Of a stretch of DNA of 64,000 nucleotides, positions 1 to 10,111 are shown one piece after another (position 1 is the stretch's first letter; each line of letters starts with the position of its first letter). A program made the translations under genes and the position numbers. The stretch comes from Nitrospira sp. GTDB lineage: Bacteria; Nitrospirota; Nitrospiria; Nitrospirales; Nitrospiraceae. The notes beneath the pieces were generated by a model that worked only from the letters and a program-made list of their open reading frames with translations, had not been told where the DNA came from and made no database searches. The stretch lies in NCBI GenBank assembly GCA_029240595.1, contig JARDZZ010000001.1, positions 192 through 64,191 on the forward strand, read 5' to 3'.

Positions 1-145
1 GCCCGAGGTGGACTCCGTAGCGTGATAGAGGCCCGCTATCCATGAACCACAAACCACACGAGATCGTCAGGTAGCCGCAGGGCCGACATGAGCGTTCAAC
101 GTCCTGCCAGTTTCTGACCCATCGCACACTGACGCTTCGGTACTC

Positions 146-955
146 ATGGCCACCTATGCAATCGGCGACATTCAAGGCTGCTACAAATCTCTCCAGCGTC
201 TGCTCGACCGGATCGCGTTTGCTCCACGGTCAGACACGCTTTGGCTCGTGGGGGACTTGGTCAATCGAGGACCGGACTCCCTACTGACTCTTCGCTTCCT
301 TCAATCTCTCGGCTCATCGGTGCGTCCCGTGCTGGGAAATCACGATCTATTTTTATTGGCCGCCGCAGAAGGCATTGTGACACTCCGCCCGAAAGACACC
401 ATTCAAGATGTCTTGAACGCCGACGACTGCTCTGACCTCATCAATTGGCTCAGACGGCAGCCCTTGCAGCAGCGCGAAGGATCCTTCTTCATGGTCCATG
501 CGGGACTGCACCCGCGATGGACGATAGAGCAGGCGATGAGCTTGGCCAAGGAGGTCGAGGGCGTCTTGGCCGGCCCGGACTACAAAACGTTGTTGCAGGA
601 ACTTTTCCATGGTCCGACCCGGCAGTGGGATCCGGCAGCCACGGGAATGGAACGCCTGGTCAGTATTGCGCGTGTGTTCACGCGGCTCAGAACCATTTCC
701 TTGACCGGTGAAATTTCGAGTTTTTCCGGCCCTCCGGAGGACGCCCCGCCGGGTTTCATGCCCTGGTTCCGCATACCCGATCGTCGGAGCAACGAAGGGA
801 TTATCATCACAGGCCATTGGGCGGCTCTCGGTCTGCATATCGAACCGAACCTGCTTGCGATCGACAGCGGGTGCGTGTGGGGAAGACAACTTACGGCAGT
901 GCGCTTGGAGGACCGCGCCGTTTATCAGGTCGAGTATGCAGATCGACGCGATTGA
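146..955 (+). CDS. apaH: symmetrical bis(5'-nucleosyl)-tetraphosphatase
   Basis: Metallophosphoesterase motifs GDIQGC, GDLVNRG, GNHD, VHAG, GHWAALG and DSGCVWG, typical of ApaH. Confidence 0.95.
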   Translation: MATYAIGDIQGCYKSLQRLLDRIAFAPRSDTLWLVGDLVNRGPDSLLTLRFLQSLGSSVRPVLGNHDLFLLAAAEGIVTLRPKDTIQDVLNADDCSDLINWLRRQPLQQREGSFFMVHAGLHPRWTIEQAMSLAKEVEGVLAGPDYKTLLQELFHGPTRQWDPAATGMERLVSIARVFTRLRTISLTGEISSFSGPPEDAPPGFMPWFRIPDRRSNEGIIITGHWAALGLHIEPNLLAIDSGCVWGRQLTAVRLEDRAVYQVEYADRRD

Positions 956-1454
956 GCCCCGAGCTCCGGATCCGTCCTGGCCCCGGTACTCTCATCGCCC
1001 ATTTCCATTCTATCGATTTATCCCCGGCCGGTTACCCCATCCTCGTCGAGACCCGCGAGGACATTCATATGGGGTGGAAGAGGTCAAGGCAGTCCTGCCG
1101 CGCCCCGAGCAATGGAGGGGGGCCGACGAGTATCTCTACGGAATCGATCTCTACAATTACGCCTACTGGTGGGAATGTCACGAAGTCCTCGAGCGCCTAT
1201 GGCATGCCGCTGGAAGAAAGACTGAACAGGCGAATTTTTTCCGGGCACTGATTCAACTCGCTGCAGCCAATCTCAAACACTTTCTCGGCGACCGTCACGC
1301 GACAAGCAATTTGTTGGCAGCAGGTCTTGCGCGATTGGAGACGATTCCTGTCTGGTATATGGGTGTTGACGTCGCGAACCTCATCGACCATCTCCGGCAG
1401 CACAAGCAAGGGCCTGCTCCGCTCATACGCATGAATCAGAGAACGACGTCGTGA
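936..1454 (+). CDS. DUF309-family protein
   Basis: PFYRFIPG-PHP N-terminus and YWWECHEVLE..W / LIQLAAA motifs. Start taken at ATG 936, which overlaps the apaH end; the ORF track extends to 708. Confidence 0.75.
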   Translation: MQIDAIEPRAPDPSWPRYSHRPFPFYRFIPGRLPHPRRDPRGHSYGVEEVKAVLPRPEQWRGADEYLYGIDLYNYAYWWECHEVLERLWHAAGRKTEQANFFRALIQLAAANLKHFLGDRHATSNLLAAGLARLETIPVWYMGVDVANLIDHLRQHKQGPAPLIRMNQRTTS

Positions 1455-1510
1455 CAAGCTGCGTACAAGGAGGGACAGCGCATGGAGTGTCGACAGCCCT
1501 CAGCGCCTGT

Positions 1511-2302
1511 TTACTGATAGGACTCGGCATCGGAGGGAAATTTCCCCTCTTCCACCTCTTCCTTATACCGGCGGAGTGCTTGCAACGCATCGGCTTTCAG
1601 GTGGGCATAAGGCTTGACGAACTTGGGAATGAACTCGTCAAACATGCCCAGCAGGTCATACAGGACCAGCACTTGACCATCACAATGAGGGCCTGCGCCA
1701 ATACCGATGGTCGGGATGGCCACCTCCTCGGTGATGTTCTGCGCCAGGGATGCGGGCATCGCCTCCAGCACGACGGCGACGGCACCCGCTGCTTCAAGCG
1801 CTTTGGCGTCGGATAAGAGCATTTGTGCCTGATCCTTGCCCTTACCCTGCACTTTGTAGCCGCCGTATTGGTTGACGGATTGAGGGGTCATGCCGAGATG
1901 TCCAATTACAGGAATCCCGACCTCCGTCATCGCGGCAACCCGATCGACCATCGCAGCGCCGCCTTCCAGTTTGATTGCATGGGCGCCGGCCTGAAGGAAG
2001 CGGCCCGCGTTGCGGAGGGCATCCTCCTTGCTGGCCTGATACGACATGAAGGGCATGTCTCCGATCACCAACGACTTCTGTGCGGTCCCGGCGACAAGTT
2101 TAGTGTGGTACAGCATGTCCTCCATCGTCACGGCAAGGGTATTGGGTTTGCCTTGCACGACGACGCCCAAGGAATCACCGACCAGAATTACCTCAATGCC
2201 TGCCTGCTCGAGCAACCGGGTAAAAAGCGCGTCGTACGCGGTCACCACGATCACTTTTTTCTTGTCGCGCTTGTAGCGCTGAAGATCGGGAACGGTCATC
2301 AT
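1511..2302 (-). CDS. panB: 3-methyl-2-oxobutanoate hydroxymethyltransferase
   Basis: TAYD, LVGDSLG, KLEGG, GHLGMTPQS and IGIGAG motifs. Start at 2302 overlaps the metF stop (ATGA). Confidence 0.96.
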   Translation of the reverse strand: MMTVPDLQRYKRDKKKVIVVTAYDALFTRLLEQAGIEVILVGDSLGVVVQGKPNTLAVTMEDMLYHTKLVAGTAQKSLVIGDMPFMSYQASKEDALRNAGRFLQAGAHAIKLEGGAAMVDRVAAMTEVGIPVIGHLGMTPQSVNQYGGYKVQGKGKDQAQMLLSDAKALEAAGAVAVVLEAMPASLAQNITEEVAIPTIGIGAGPHCDGQVLVLYDLLGMFDEFIPKFVKPYAHLKADALQALRRYKEEVEEGKFPSDAESYQ

Positions 2303-3186
2303 GTGAGTTGAGCCTTGGTAATAATTTCTCCGAGCCGATGCGTGCCCTTGATCGCCATGATATGCACGCCGTCGCAATGAGGACGGACGGCCTGAATGCT
2401 GCGAACTGCGATTTCCACACCGACGTCTTCGGACTTGTCTCCCGCCGCACGCAATTCGTCGATCATCGCCTGCGGCACTGACATGCCCGGAATGTTCGCA
2501 TTCATGAATTCTGCCATTTTGGCGTTGCGCAACAAAAGAATTCCGGCCAGCACTTTGACCTTGAACGGACGAACGGCTTTCATGAAGCTCGCGAACTGGT
2601 CGGTGTTGTATATGGCCTGCGTTTGGAAAAATTGCGCGCCCGCCTTCACTTTGACCTCGAACTTCGCCAACACAGGACCGACCAGCTCGGCTTCCGGCGT
2701 CACCGCAGCCCCGATGGTGAAGGCTGTGGAGCCGTCAAGCTTGTTTCCTACCAGATCGCGCCCGTTGTTCAACCCTTGGACAAGCCCCATCACCTGGACC
2801 GAATCAAGATCATACACGGGCTTCGCGTCCTTGTGGTCACCGACAGTCGGATAGTCGCCGGTGAGACAGAGGATGTTGCGGATGCCGAGCATGTGGGCGC
2901 CTAAAAGATCCGATTGCATGGCGATCCGGTTTCGATCTCGGCAGGTCAGCTGCATGACCGGATCATGTCCCAACTCATACAGCAATCGGCACACCGGTAA
3001 AGATCCCGCCCGCATGACTGCGGCGGTGTTGTCGGTCACGTTGACGCCGTGTACGCGACCCAACAATTGCTTGGCGTTCTCTAGCACGCCGTTGATATTC
3101 GTTCCTTTCGGGGGGTTGTATTCAATCGTGACAGCGAACTGTCCCTGGTCCAGGACGTCTTTCAGTCTCTTAGGCTCCTGACTCAT
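2299..3186 (-). CDS. metF: methylenetetrahydrofolate reductase
   Basis: E-x-x-PPKG, NVTDN, LTCRDRN, LCLTGD, K..AGAQFFQTQ and GVHIM motifs. Confidence 0.88.
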   Translation of the reverse strand: MSQEPKRLKDVLDQGQFAVTIEYNPPKGTNINGVLENAKQLLGRVHGVNVTDNTAAVMRAGSLPVCRLLYELGHDPVMQLTCRDRNRIAMQSDLLGAHMLGIRNILCLTGDYPTVGDHKDAKPVYDLDSVQVMGLVQGLNNGRDLVGNKLDGSTAFTIGAAVTPEAELVGPVLAKFEVKVKAGAQFFQTQAIYNTDQFASFMKAVRPFKVKVLAGILLLRNAKMAEFMNANIPGMSVPQAMIDELRAAGDKSEDVGVEIAVRSIQAVRPHCDGVHIMAIKGTHRLGEIITKAQLT

Positions 3187-3341
3187 GACCTTACCTCACC
3201 AACATCTTCCTTTTTTCCATGAAGGAGATCGAAGCATCGGCGCCTTCCACCGCGCGCATGTACTGAGCACCGTCTTTGATTTGCAAATTCAGTGGACCCT
3301 GTGTGCGCAGTGCGCGAGCGCAGAAGGTGCCCTGATCCGAC

Positions 3342-4202
3342 CTACTTCATCCCAGCCATTCTCTTAGCAGACTCGACCGTATTGTCCAGCAACATTGCAA
3401 TCGTCATGGGACCGACCCCGCCCGGAACGGGACTAATCCAAGCGGCCTTTTGGCTGACCGAGTCGTAATCGACATCGCCACAGAGTTTGCCATCCGGCAA
3501 TTTATTCGTTCCGACGTCGATCACGACTGCGCCTTCGCGGACCATATCGGCGGTGACAAATTTCGCCTTGCCGATGGCGACAAGCAGGAGTTCGGCTTCC
3601 CGGCATACCGCAGGGAGGTCCCTGGTTTTGGAATGGCAGATCGTGACGGTCGCGTGACGCTGTAACAGCATGAGCGCGAGCGGCTTGCCCACGATGTTGC
3701 TGCGCCCGACGACCACCGCACGCTTGCCTTCGATCGGGACACCGGTGGATTCAATCATTTTGATCACGCCCTTCGGCGTACAGGCCTCAAACACCGGATG
3801 GCCTTCCACGAGTCGGCCGAAATTATAGGGATGAAACCCATCTGCATCCTTATCAGGAGAGACGGCTTCCAAAATCACGCGGCTGTCGATGTGTTTGGGC
3901 AACGGCAGCTGAACGAGAATGCCGTGAATCTTCTGATCGGCATTTTTCTTCTCGATGAGCGCCAGGAGTTCTGCCTGAGTGGTATGAGCGCTCAATTTGT
4001 GGTCGTCGACGTAGATGCCTGCCAGTTCGCAGGCCTTCTGCTTGTTCTTCACATAGACGTGTGACGCGGGGTCGTCTCCAACGAGAATCGTCGCGAGACC
4101 CGGCTTCATCCCCGTCTTTGCCAACACCGCCGCAGATGCCCCGACGAGGCTTTCGCGCACCTGCTGGGCCAATGCTTTCCCGTCAATCAATCGAGCTGCC
4201 AC
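3342..4202 (-). CDS. folD: bifunctional methylene-THF dehydrogenase/cyclohydrolase
   Basis: YVKNK, GILVQLPLP, KDADGFHP, GRSNIVGKP and PVPGGVGPMT motifs. GTG start at 4202 follows a GGAGGA RBS. Confidence 0.96.
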   Translation of the reverse strand: MAARLIDGKALAQQVRESLVGASAAVLAKTGMKPGLATILVGDDPASHVYVKNKQKACELAGIYVDDHKLSAHTTQAELLALIEKKNADQKIHGILVQLPLPKHIDSRVILEAVSPDKDADGFHPYNFGRLVEGHPVFEACTPKGVIKMIESTGVPIEGKRAVVVGRSNIVGKPLALMLLQRHATVTICHSKTRDLPAVCREAELLLVAIGKAKFVTADMVREGAVVIDVGTNKLPDGKLCGDVDYDSVSQKAAWISPVPGGVGPMTIAMLLDNTVESAKRMAGMK

Positions 4203-4299
4203 AACGTCCTCCCATTGCACAATCCGGAGTGAGAAGGTGCGCGGTGGAGCGGAGCCCCTCTTGAGCCTGGTCCACCAGTGACTTGCTTAAGAGCACGGC

Positions 4300-4329
4300 A
4301 CCTTAACAGGGCAATTTTAGGCAAGTCAA
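4300..4329 (-). promoter_or_regulatory. putative sigma70 promoter of folD-metF-panB
   Basis: TTGACT-18 bp-TAAGGT on the minus strand, with TG one base upstream of the -10. Confidence 0.45.
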
Positions 4330-4385
4330 CGTATGGGCGGAACGCGCCTCTGCACAGCATGGCAGTTGGCTTTTCCGCCGATTTC

Positions 4386-4415
4386 TTGACAGGTTCTCCA
4401 GGTCGCGGCTACGAT
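4386..4415 (+). promoter_or_regulatory. putative sigma70 promoter of the 4468 operon
   Basis: TTGACA-18 bp-TACGAT, divergent from the folD promoter. Confidence 0.45.
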
Positions 4416-4467
4416 GATTCCGATGTCCATCGCAACGGCACCATAAACGTCCCCCCACCTAACCCAT

Positions 4468-5451
4468 ATGATCCGTTACCTGTTCTATGTTGTCATCGGA
4501 TGTGCAGGCCTGTGCCTGGCGGCCATGCCCCCTTCTGCATTCGGGCAGATCACCGTCACGAACTTGCAAACCCCCTATAGCTTTGTGACCGGCGCTTCGG
4601 GAAAAGACTATTTTATTTCGAGCGTGAATGGCGAACCGGACACCGCCGACAACAACGGCTTTATTACCAAACTCGATGGCAGCGGGACTCTCTTACATCT
4701 CAAATTTATCCAGGGCGGGGCGGATGGCGTCACCTTACACGCGCCAAAGGGAATGGCGCTGGTGGACGAGACGCTTTATGTGGCCGATCTCGACACGTTG
4801 CGTGCATTCGACGCACGCAACGGGAAACCGGTTGCCTCAATCCATGTGGTTGATGGGAAGGCACTGGTTCATTTGACCGACGTGGCTTACGACGGCGTGG
4901 GGCTGTTGTACTGCTCGGATCAGCACGCCAATCGAATTTATCGTGTCGAGTTGCCCTCGCAGAAGGTCACCCTGTTGGTGGCCGATCCTGCATTGGCCGG
5001 GCCCGCTGGGTTGGCGGTACATCCAAAATCCGGCGAACTCATTGCCGTCAGTTGGAACAAAGGTAAAATATTTGCGATCAGCCCGACCGGGACAGTCTCC
5101 GAGCTCTTTTCCAACGGCTTTTTCTCCAGCCGCTTCTCGAACCTGCGTGGGGTGGACTTCGATCGGTGGGGCAACATGTACGTGTCCGACTTCACGACCG
5201 GCAAAGTCTGGCGGATGACCTGGGACAAACGGTTTCAGGTCATCGCCGAGTATCTGCCTACGCCCGGCGACCTCAGCATTGATCGCACGAACAATCTGAT
5301 TCTGGTCCCCTACGAGTTCGCCCATGCCGCCGAGATGAATGGTCTGGAAGCCCCCGCTGACGGCAAGCCCAAATCTGAAAAGCGGACGCTGGCGGATTAC
5401 GGTTTCATTCCTCCGCCGCCAAAGCCGGCGGAAGGAGCGCCAAGCAAATGA
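4468..5451 (+). CDS. exported beta-propeller protein (SMP-30/gluconolactonase/NHL-like)
   Basis: Hydrophobic signal peptide and repeated blade-like motifs (APKGMAL..LYVAD, GPAGLAV, GVDFDRWGNMYVSD). Confidence 0.7.
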   Translation: MIRYLFYVVIGCAGLCLAAMPPSAFGQITVTNLQTPYSFVTGASGKDYFISSVNGEPDTADNNGFITKLDGSGTLLHLKFIQGGADGVTLHAPKGMALVDETLYVADLDTLRAFDARNGKPVASIHVVDGKALVHLTDVAYDGVGLLYCSDQHANRIYRVELPSQKVTLLVADPALAGPAGLAVHPKSGELIAVSWNKGKIFAISPTGTVSELFSNGFFSSRFSNLRGVDFDRWGNMYVSDFTTGKVWRMTWDKRFQVIAEYLPTPGDLSIDRTNNLILVPYEFAHAAEMNGLEAPADGKPKSEKRTLADYGFIPPPPKPAEGAPSK

Positions 5452-6143
5452 GCGCTTGCGCCTATTGCCAACAGCGAAAAGGCAAGCGGCCTTGTCCCGC
5501 CTTAGGGGCCATCTGCAGTCAGTGCTGCGGGGAGCACCGTCTCGTGCGGGTCTCATGCCCGCCAGACTGTCTGTATCTTGACGCGGGCAGCGACTATCAA
5601 CAGAAACGATTGAGCGAACAGTTCATGCCGGTCCGACGGGAGTTTTACAGGGAGATCAGCGAAGTGGGAGGCGAACAGGCGGTGGCCCTCTACAATCTGA
5701 TAGAAGTCGTCATGTTCAGTTACTTTCACGGCCGTAGAGACGGCCTGGACGCCGAAGTCGTGACCGCCATCCAAGCGCTGCGACGCACGCTGAGTCCACT
5801 GCATGTGCCCTCGGCGCCGATGCCCGTCTTCGCGGAACATCTCAAGAAAGAGTACGAGACCTTTAAGAAACAGAACCCTCAGCAAATCGCCGACAGCTCG
5901 ACCGCTCCCGATGTCCTTGATCGGGCCATTCGATTTGTGTCCGGGTTCTCCGGAAATGACTTCCAATCGCGTCGATTTTTAAGTGGTCTAATCGGCTACG
6001 TGAAAATGTACCACCCGGAGATCGCGGCACACTTAACCAAGCAGCATCAGGCCGGCCATATCGTCCTTCCCGGTCAGTCGTTCATGCCGCCGGCAGCGAG
6101 TGAACCGCATACTCATGGACCGGGATGCAGGCACCATCACTAG
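5448..6143 (+). CDS. hypothetical protein with Cys-rich N-terminal Zn-binding region and His-rich tail
   Basis: CAYC..CP..CSQCC..CPPDC at the N-terminus; ends HTHGPGCRHHH; ATGA-coupled to the upstream gene. Confidence 0.75.
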   Translation: MSACAYCQQRKGKRPCPALGAICSQCCGEHRLVRVSCPPDCLYLDAGSDYQQKRLSEQFMPVRREFYREISEVGGEQAVALYNLIEVVMFSYFHGRRDGLDAEVVTAIQALRRTLSPLHVPSAPMPVFAEHLKKEYETFKKQNPQQIADSSTAPDVLDRAIRFVSGFSGNDFQSRRFLSGLIGYVKMYHPEIAAHLTKQHQAGHIVLPGQSFMPPAASEPHTHGPGCRHHH

Positions 6144-6155
6144 AGGTAGACCGCG

Positions 6156-6476
6156 ATGACCGTCGAAAAAGCGAAGAAAGTTCGAAAATCCCGTCGCGTG
6201 GACCTGCGTTGCCAACTTGGATTCTCTTCCGAAGAAATCGAAGGAGACGCCCATGTGACGAATATCTCCACTGGCGGGTGTCGGGCGGAGTCTGAAATCA
6301 ACGTCGCGGAGGGATTACAATTTGTCGTCTTGCTTCATCTTCCTGGACAAACTCCTCTCAAGATTGAGCGTGCCTCCGTACGCTGGGTCAAAGGCAACAG
6401 CTTCGGATTGAGCTTTATCCTCTTCCTCCCATCTGAACGGGCGAAACTCCAACATTATCTGGAAGCGATCAAGTAA
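6156..6476 (+). CDS. PilZ domain protein
   Basis: RxxxR (RKSRR) and NxSxxG (NISTGG) motifs, plus VRW...FGLSF. Confidence 0.85.
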   Translation: MTVEKAKKVRKSRRVDLRCQLGFSSEEIEGDAHVTNISTGGCRAESEINVAEGLQFVVLLHLPGQTPLKIERASVRWVKGNSFGLSFILFLPSERAKLQHYLEAIK

Positions 6477-6490
6477 CCCCGATCATCCAT

Positions 6491-7102
6491 TCACTCTAAA
6501 ATCGTCACGGTCATTTCAATCCGATCGTTCGGGAGATCCCGTTCATTTCTCGGCAGATTGGCGATCTTGTCAGCCACACCTAAACCCCTCGCCACTTCGC
6601 CAAAGACCGTGTACTTACGGTCGAGAAAGAACGAATCCTCAACGACGATAAAAAACTGAGACCCGGCCGTATCCGGCTCCCCGGCTCGCGCCATCGACAC
6701 GATGCCTCGCTTGTGCGGCGTATCGCTGAATTCAGCCTTCAACAAAATCGGATCACCCTTTTCGTCCTTGGGTCCCCCCTGGCCGAACGTGTCCTTTCTG
6801 AGCGAGTACTTGGTATTGGGGTCGCCGCCCTGAATCATAAAGCCTGGAATGACGCGATGGAAAATTGTCCCGTTATAGAAACCGGACTTCGCCAGTTTGA
6901 TGAAATTCTCGACGTGGTTAGGGGCGAGATCTGGATATAACTTAAGTTCCATTTCTCCGAACCGAGTTTTGATGATGGCTCTCGGGCGAGGGTCCGGAGG
7001 CGGTACGGCCGCCTTGAGGTCGCTTTTGCCGGAGCAGCCGGCAGAGACATTCATGGCCATGATCATCGCGGTGATGAGCATGAGACCGCTTCTTTTCCCC
7101 AC
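6491..7102 (-). CDS. cyclophilin-type peptidyl-prolyl isomerase, probable lipoprotein
   Basis: FHRVIPGFMIQGGD, SMAR and AGSQFFI motifs; signal ending in SAGC. Confidence 0.92.
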   Translation of the reverse strand: MGKRSGLMLITAMIMAMNVSAGCSGKSDLKAAVPPPDPRPRAIIKTRFGEMELKLYPDLAPNHVENFIKLAKSGFYNGTIFHRVIPGFMIQGGDPNTKYSLRKDTFGQGGPKDEKGDPILLKAEFSDTPHKRGIVSMARAGEPDTAGSQFFIVVEDSFFLDRKYTVFGEVARGLGVADKIANLPRNERDLPNDRIEMTVTILE

Positions 7103-7131
7103 TAGCCGTCTCCTTCCTGCACCCTGACCAT

Positions 7132-7713
7132 CTATTCGACGACGACGGTCATCTCGGCGCGTTCGTTCGGGAGATCGCGCGCATTTCTCGGGAGATTGAC
7201 GATCTTATCGGCCACTTCCATTCCTTTCACGACTTCGCCGAATGCCGTGTATTGCCCGTCCAGAAAGTTGGAATCTTTGATGACGATGAAGAACTGCGAG
7301 CCCGCACTATTGGGGTCGTTACTGCGCGCCATCGAGACAATCCCGCGGCGATGCGGTGTGTCATTGAATTCCGCCTTGAGCTTGTCACTCGGTCCACCCA
7401 TACCGTAGGTCTCGGGCTTCTTCGGATCTTTCGTGTTCGGATCACCCCCCTGAATCATGAAACCTGGAATCACGCGATGAAAAATGGTTCCGTTGTAATA
7501 CCCTGACTTAGCCAGCTTGATGAAATTCTGAACATGGTTTGGGGCCTTGTCGGGGAAAAATGCGATTTCCATGTCTCCGAATTTGGTCTTGATCACGGCT
7601 TTTGGCGCTTTGCCTGCGCCCGTCTCGCCGGCGACTCCGGCGGGTCCAACAAGAGTCCAGGCTGTTGTCATAACGCTCACTGCCATCGCCAGTCTCATCA
7701 CCAGTCTCTGCAT
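7132..7713 (-). CDS. cyclophilin-type peptidyl-prolyl isomerase, exported
   Basis: FHRVIPGFMIQGGD and SAGSQFFI motifs; N-terminal signal peptide; GGAGG RBS. Confidence 0.92.
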   Translation of the reverse strand: MQRLVMRLAMAVSVMTTAWTLVGPAGVAGETGAGKAPKAVIKTKFGDMEIAFFPDKAPNHVQNFIKLAKSGYYNGTIFHRVIPGFMIQGGDPNTKDPKKPETYGMGGPSDKLKAEFNDTPHRRGIVSMARSNDPNSAGSQFFIVIKDSNFLDGQYTAFGEVVKGMEVADKIVNLPRNARDLPNERAEMTVVVE

Positions 7714-7769
7714 GTGCGTACCTCCATCATGATTCTATGTGGCCTTTATCATACCAACCCCGCCGACCG

Positions 7770-8471
7770 TCAAGCTTCATGCAATGCTTGCTTGGCTGCA
7801 GACTGCTCGGCTTCCTTCTTGCTGCGTCCGGTTCCTCTGCCGACTACTTTCCCGTTGACGGCAACTTCCACTTCGAAGATTTTGTCGTGATCTGGTCCGG
7901 ACTCACGAACGACTGTATAGGAGGGGAGACTGTCGAAGCGTCGCTGACACCATTCCTGGACCTGCGTCTTGTAATCGTCCTCACCCGGACGATGCTGTTG
8001 AGTAACCACTTGCCTCAATTCGCGCTCCAACAATCCGATCACGACGCGGCGGGATGATTCGAGCCCGCCATCGAGATACACCGCGGCGATGAGGGCTTCC
8101 AGCGCATCAGCAAGCAGCGAATCTTTTTCGCGCCCTCGAGACAGCTCCTCGCCGCGGCCAAGCCGCAGACAGTCTCCCACTTTGAGGTGTCTGGCGACAT
8201 GAGCGAGCATCGATTCACTGACCAGTCGAGCCTTATGCTTCGAAAGAGCGCCCTCGGATGATTGCGGCAGCAATGCCGCGAGTTGCTCACTGACGACAAG
8301 CGACAACACGGCGTCCCCCACAAATTCCAGCCGCTCGTTGTGCGAGCCTCCTGTGGTCTTCCGTTCGTTGATAAATGACTTGTGCGTCAAGGCCTCTTGA
8401 AGCAACACGGGATTGGTGAACCGATAGGCAAGAGCGGCTTGAAGCGAATCCAGCGGGGGAGCCGTTGTCAT
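7770..8471 (-). CDS. rnc: ribonuclease III
   Basis: NERLEFVGD and DALEALIAAVYLDGG motifs; C-terminal dsRBD (GRSKKEAEQ). Confidence 0.96.
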   Translation of the reverse strand: MTTAPPLDSLQAALAYRFTNPVLLQEALTHKSFINERKTTGGSHNERLEFVGDAVLSLVVSEQLAALLPQSSEGALSKHKARLVSESMLAHVARHLKVGDCLRLGRGEELSRGREKDSLLADALEALIAAVYLDGGLESSRRVVIGLLERELRQVVTQQHRPGEDDYKTQVQEWCQRRFDSLPSYTVVRESGPDHDKIFEVEVAVNGKVVGRGTGRSKKEAEQSAAKQALHEA

Positions 8472-8504
8472 ACAACTAGGCAGACGCCGGGAGGCGTGAA
8501 TGCG

Positions 8505-9758
8505 TCAGGCTTCGGGCTTTTTGAAGAGCAGGCAGGCATTCACCCCGCCGAATCCGAACGAATTCGAGAGCGCCACATTGACTGTCGCAGGTCTGGCCTT
8601 GTGGGGCACATAATCCAGATCGCATTCCGGATCCGGGTGGTCGAGGTTAATGGTCGGCGGGAGAATACCGTGGTGAATGGCCAGAATGCTGAACACCGCT
8701 TCGATCCCGCCGGCGGCGCCCAGCAAATGCCCTGTCATCGACTTCGTCGAACTCACCGGGATGCGCAAGGCCCGTTCACCAAAGACTTGCTTGATCGCCT
8801 TGGTCTCAATGACATCGGCCATCGTCGATGTGCCGTGGGCATTGATGTAGCCCACCTGATCTTTCCCCATATTGGCATCGGCCAGCGCCAATTCCATACA
8901 CCGCACGGCGCCCTCACCTTCTTCGGAAGGAGCGGTGATGTGATAGGCATCGCTGTTCATGCCGTAACCCACGACCTCGGCATAGATGCGGACGCCCCGC
9001 AGGCGAGCATGGTCCAGCTCTTCCAGCACGATGACGCCGGCGCCTTCACCGAGGACGAATCCGTCACGGTCTTTATCAAACGGACGACTGGCCTTTGTCG
9101 GCTCGTCATTTCGGAACGAGAGCGCTTTTGACGCGGCAAAGCCCGCGACTCCGAGTGTAGTAATCGCGGCCTCTGCACCGCCGGCCACCATCACGTCCGC
9201 CTCGCCGCGCTGGATAAGCCGGAACGCATCGCCGATGCAATGATTCCCTGTCGCGCACGCCGTAACCGCACACGAATTGGGTCCTTTGGCGCCCAACCGT
9301 ATCGCCACCTGTCCGGAAGCGAGGTTGATGATGGTCATCGGGATAAAAAAAGGCGAGACCCGGCCAGGCCCTTTGTCTTTGAGCACGGTATGATAGTGCT
9401 CGATGGATCCCAGCCCCCCGATCCCTGAGCCGATGTAGACCCCGACTTTCGTCGCCTCTTCCGGCTGTACCTTCAACGCGGCATCATCCGCGGCCAATTG
9501 AGCTGCGGCCACCGCATAGTGGATGAAGGCATCCATTTTCTTGATTTCTTTTTTTTCAATGAATTGGGCGGGATCGAAATCTTTGACCTCACCGGCGATT
9601 TGGGCGTCATAGCCGGCGGGGTCGAACTTGGTGATCCGGCCGATCCCTGACTGGCCGGCACAGATCGCTTTCCACGTTTTGTCCACGCCGGTGCCGAGAG
9701 GGGTGATCACCCCGAGACCGGTGACAACAACGCGTCTCTTCGCACCGTCGCTCTTCAC
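8505..9758 (-). CDS. fabF: beta-ketoacyl-ACP synthase II
   Basis: [26 protein letters not shown] and NSFGFGG motifs. Confidence 0.97.
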   Translation of the reverse strand: MKSDGAKRRVVVTGLGVITPLGTGVDKTWKAICAGQSGIGRITKFDPAGYDAQIAGEVKDFDPAQFIEKKEIKKMDAFIHYAVAAAQLAADDAALKVQPEEATKVGVYIGSGIGGLGSIEHYHTVLKDKGPGRVSPFFIPMTIINLASGQVAIRLGAKGPNSCAVTACATGNHCIGDAFRLIQRGEADVMVAGGAEAAITTLGVAGFAASKALSFRNDEPTKASRPFDKDRDGFVLGEGAGVIVLEELDHARLRGVRIYAEVVGYGMNSDAYHITAPSEEGEGAVRCMELALADANMGKDQVGYINAHGTSTMADVIETKAIKQVFGERALRIPVSSTKSMTGHLLGAAGGIEAVFSILAIHHGILPPTINLDHPDPECDLDYVPHKARPATVNVALSNSFGFGGVNACLLFKKPEA

Positions 9759-9767
9759 GTTCAGCCT

Positions 9768-10001
9768 TTACGATTTTTCCTTGATATAGTCCAAGGCCTT
9801 GCCGACGGTCAGAATCTTTTCCGCGTCCTCGTCCGGAATTTCAATTCCAAATTCCTCTTCCAGCGCCATGACGAGTTCGACGGTATCCAGGGAATCGGCA
9901 CCCAGGTCTTCGACGAAACTGGCTTCCGACGTCACTTCGTCTTCCTCAACCCCGAGTTGCTCGGCGATAATTTTCTTCACCCGTTCATCTACTGTAGCCA
10001 T
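9768..10001 (-). CDS. acpP: acyl carrier protein
   Basis: [20 protein letters not shown]. Confidence 0.98.
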   Translation of the reverse strand: MATVDERVKKIIAEQLGVEEDEVTSEASFVEDLGADSLDTVELVMALEEEFGIEIPDEDAEKILTVGKALDYIKEKS

Positions 10002-10111
10002 AAACGTGCAATCCTCCTTCCAGATCTGTCGGTTCCTCTACTGTCGTATCCGCCGCGGGACATTGTCCGCAGTTATGTGGTCTGTATCCAAGCTCAAGCG
10101 GCGAAGGTCTA

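Noticed and set aside
1-145. Start of a divergent minus-strand gene at the window edge
   Set aside because: Too little sequence to support a call
3191-3259. 22-aa minus-strand ORF (MRAVEGADASISFMEKRKMLVR) between folD and metF
   Set aside because: No RBS and no distinctive composition; consistent with chance
4203-4300. ZTP (pfl) or THF riboswitch upstream of folD
   Set aside because: The conserved GACUGGCG and GCCUGGGC elements are absent, and no THF aptamer features were recognised
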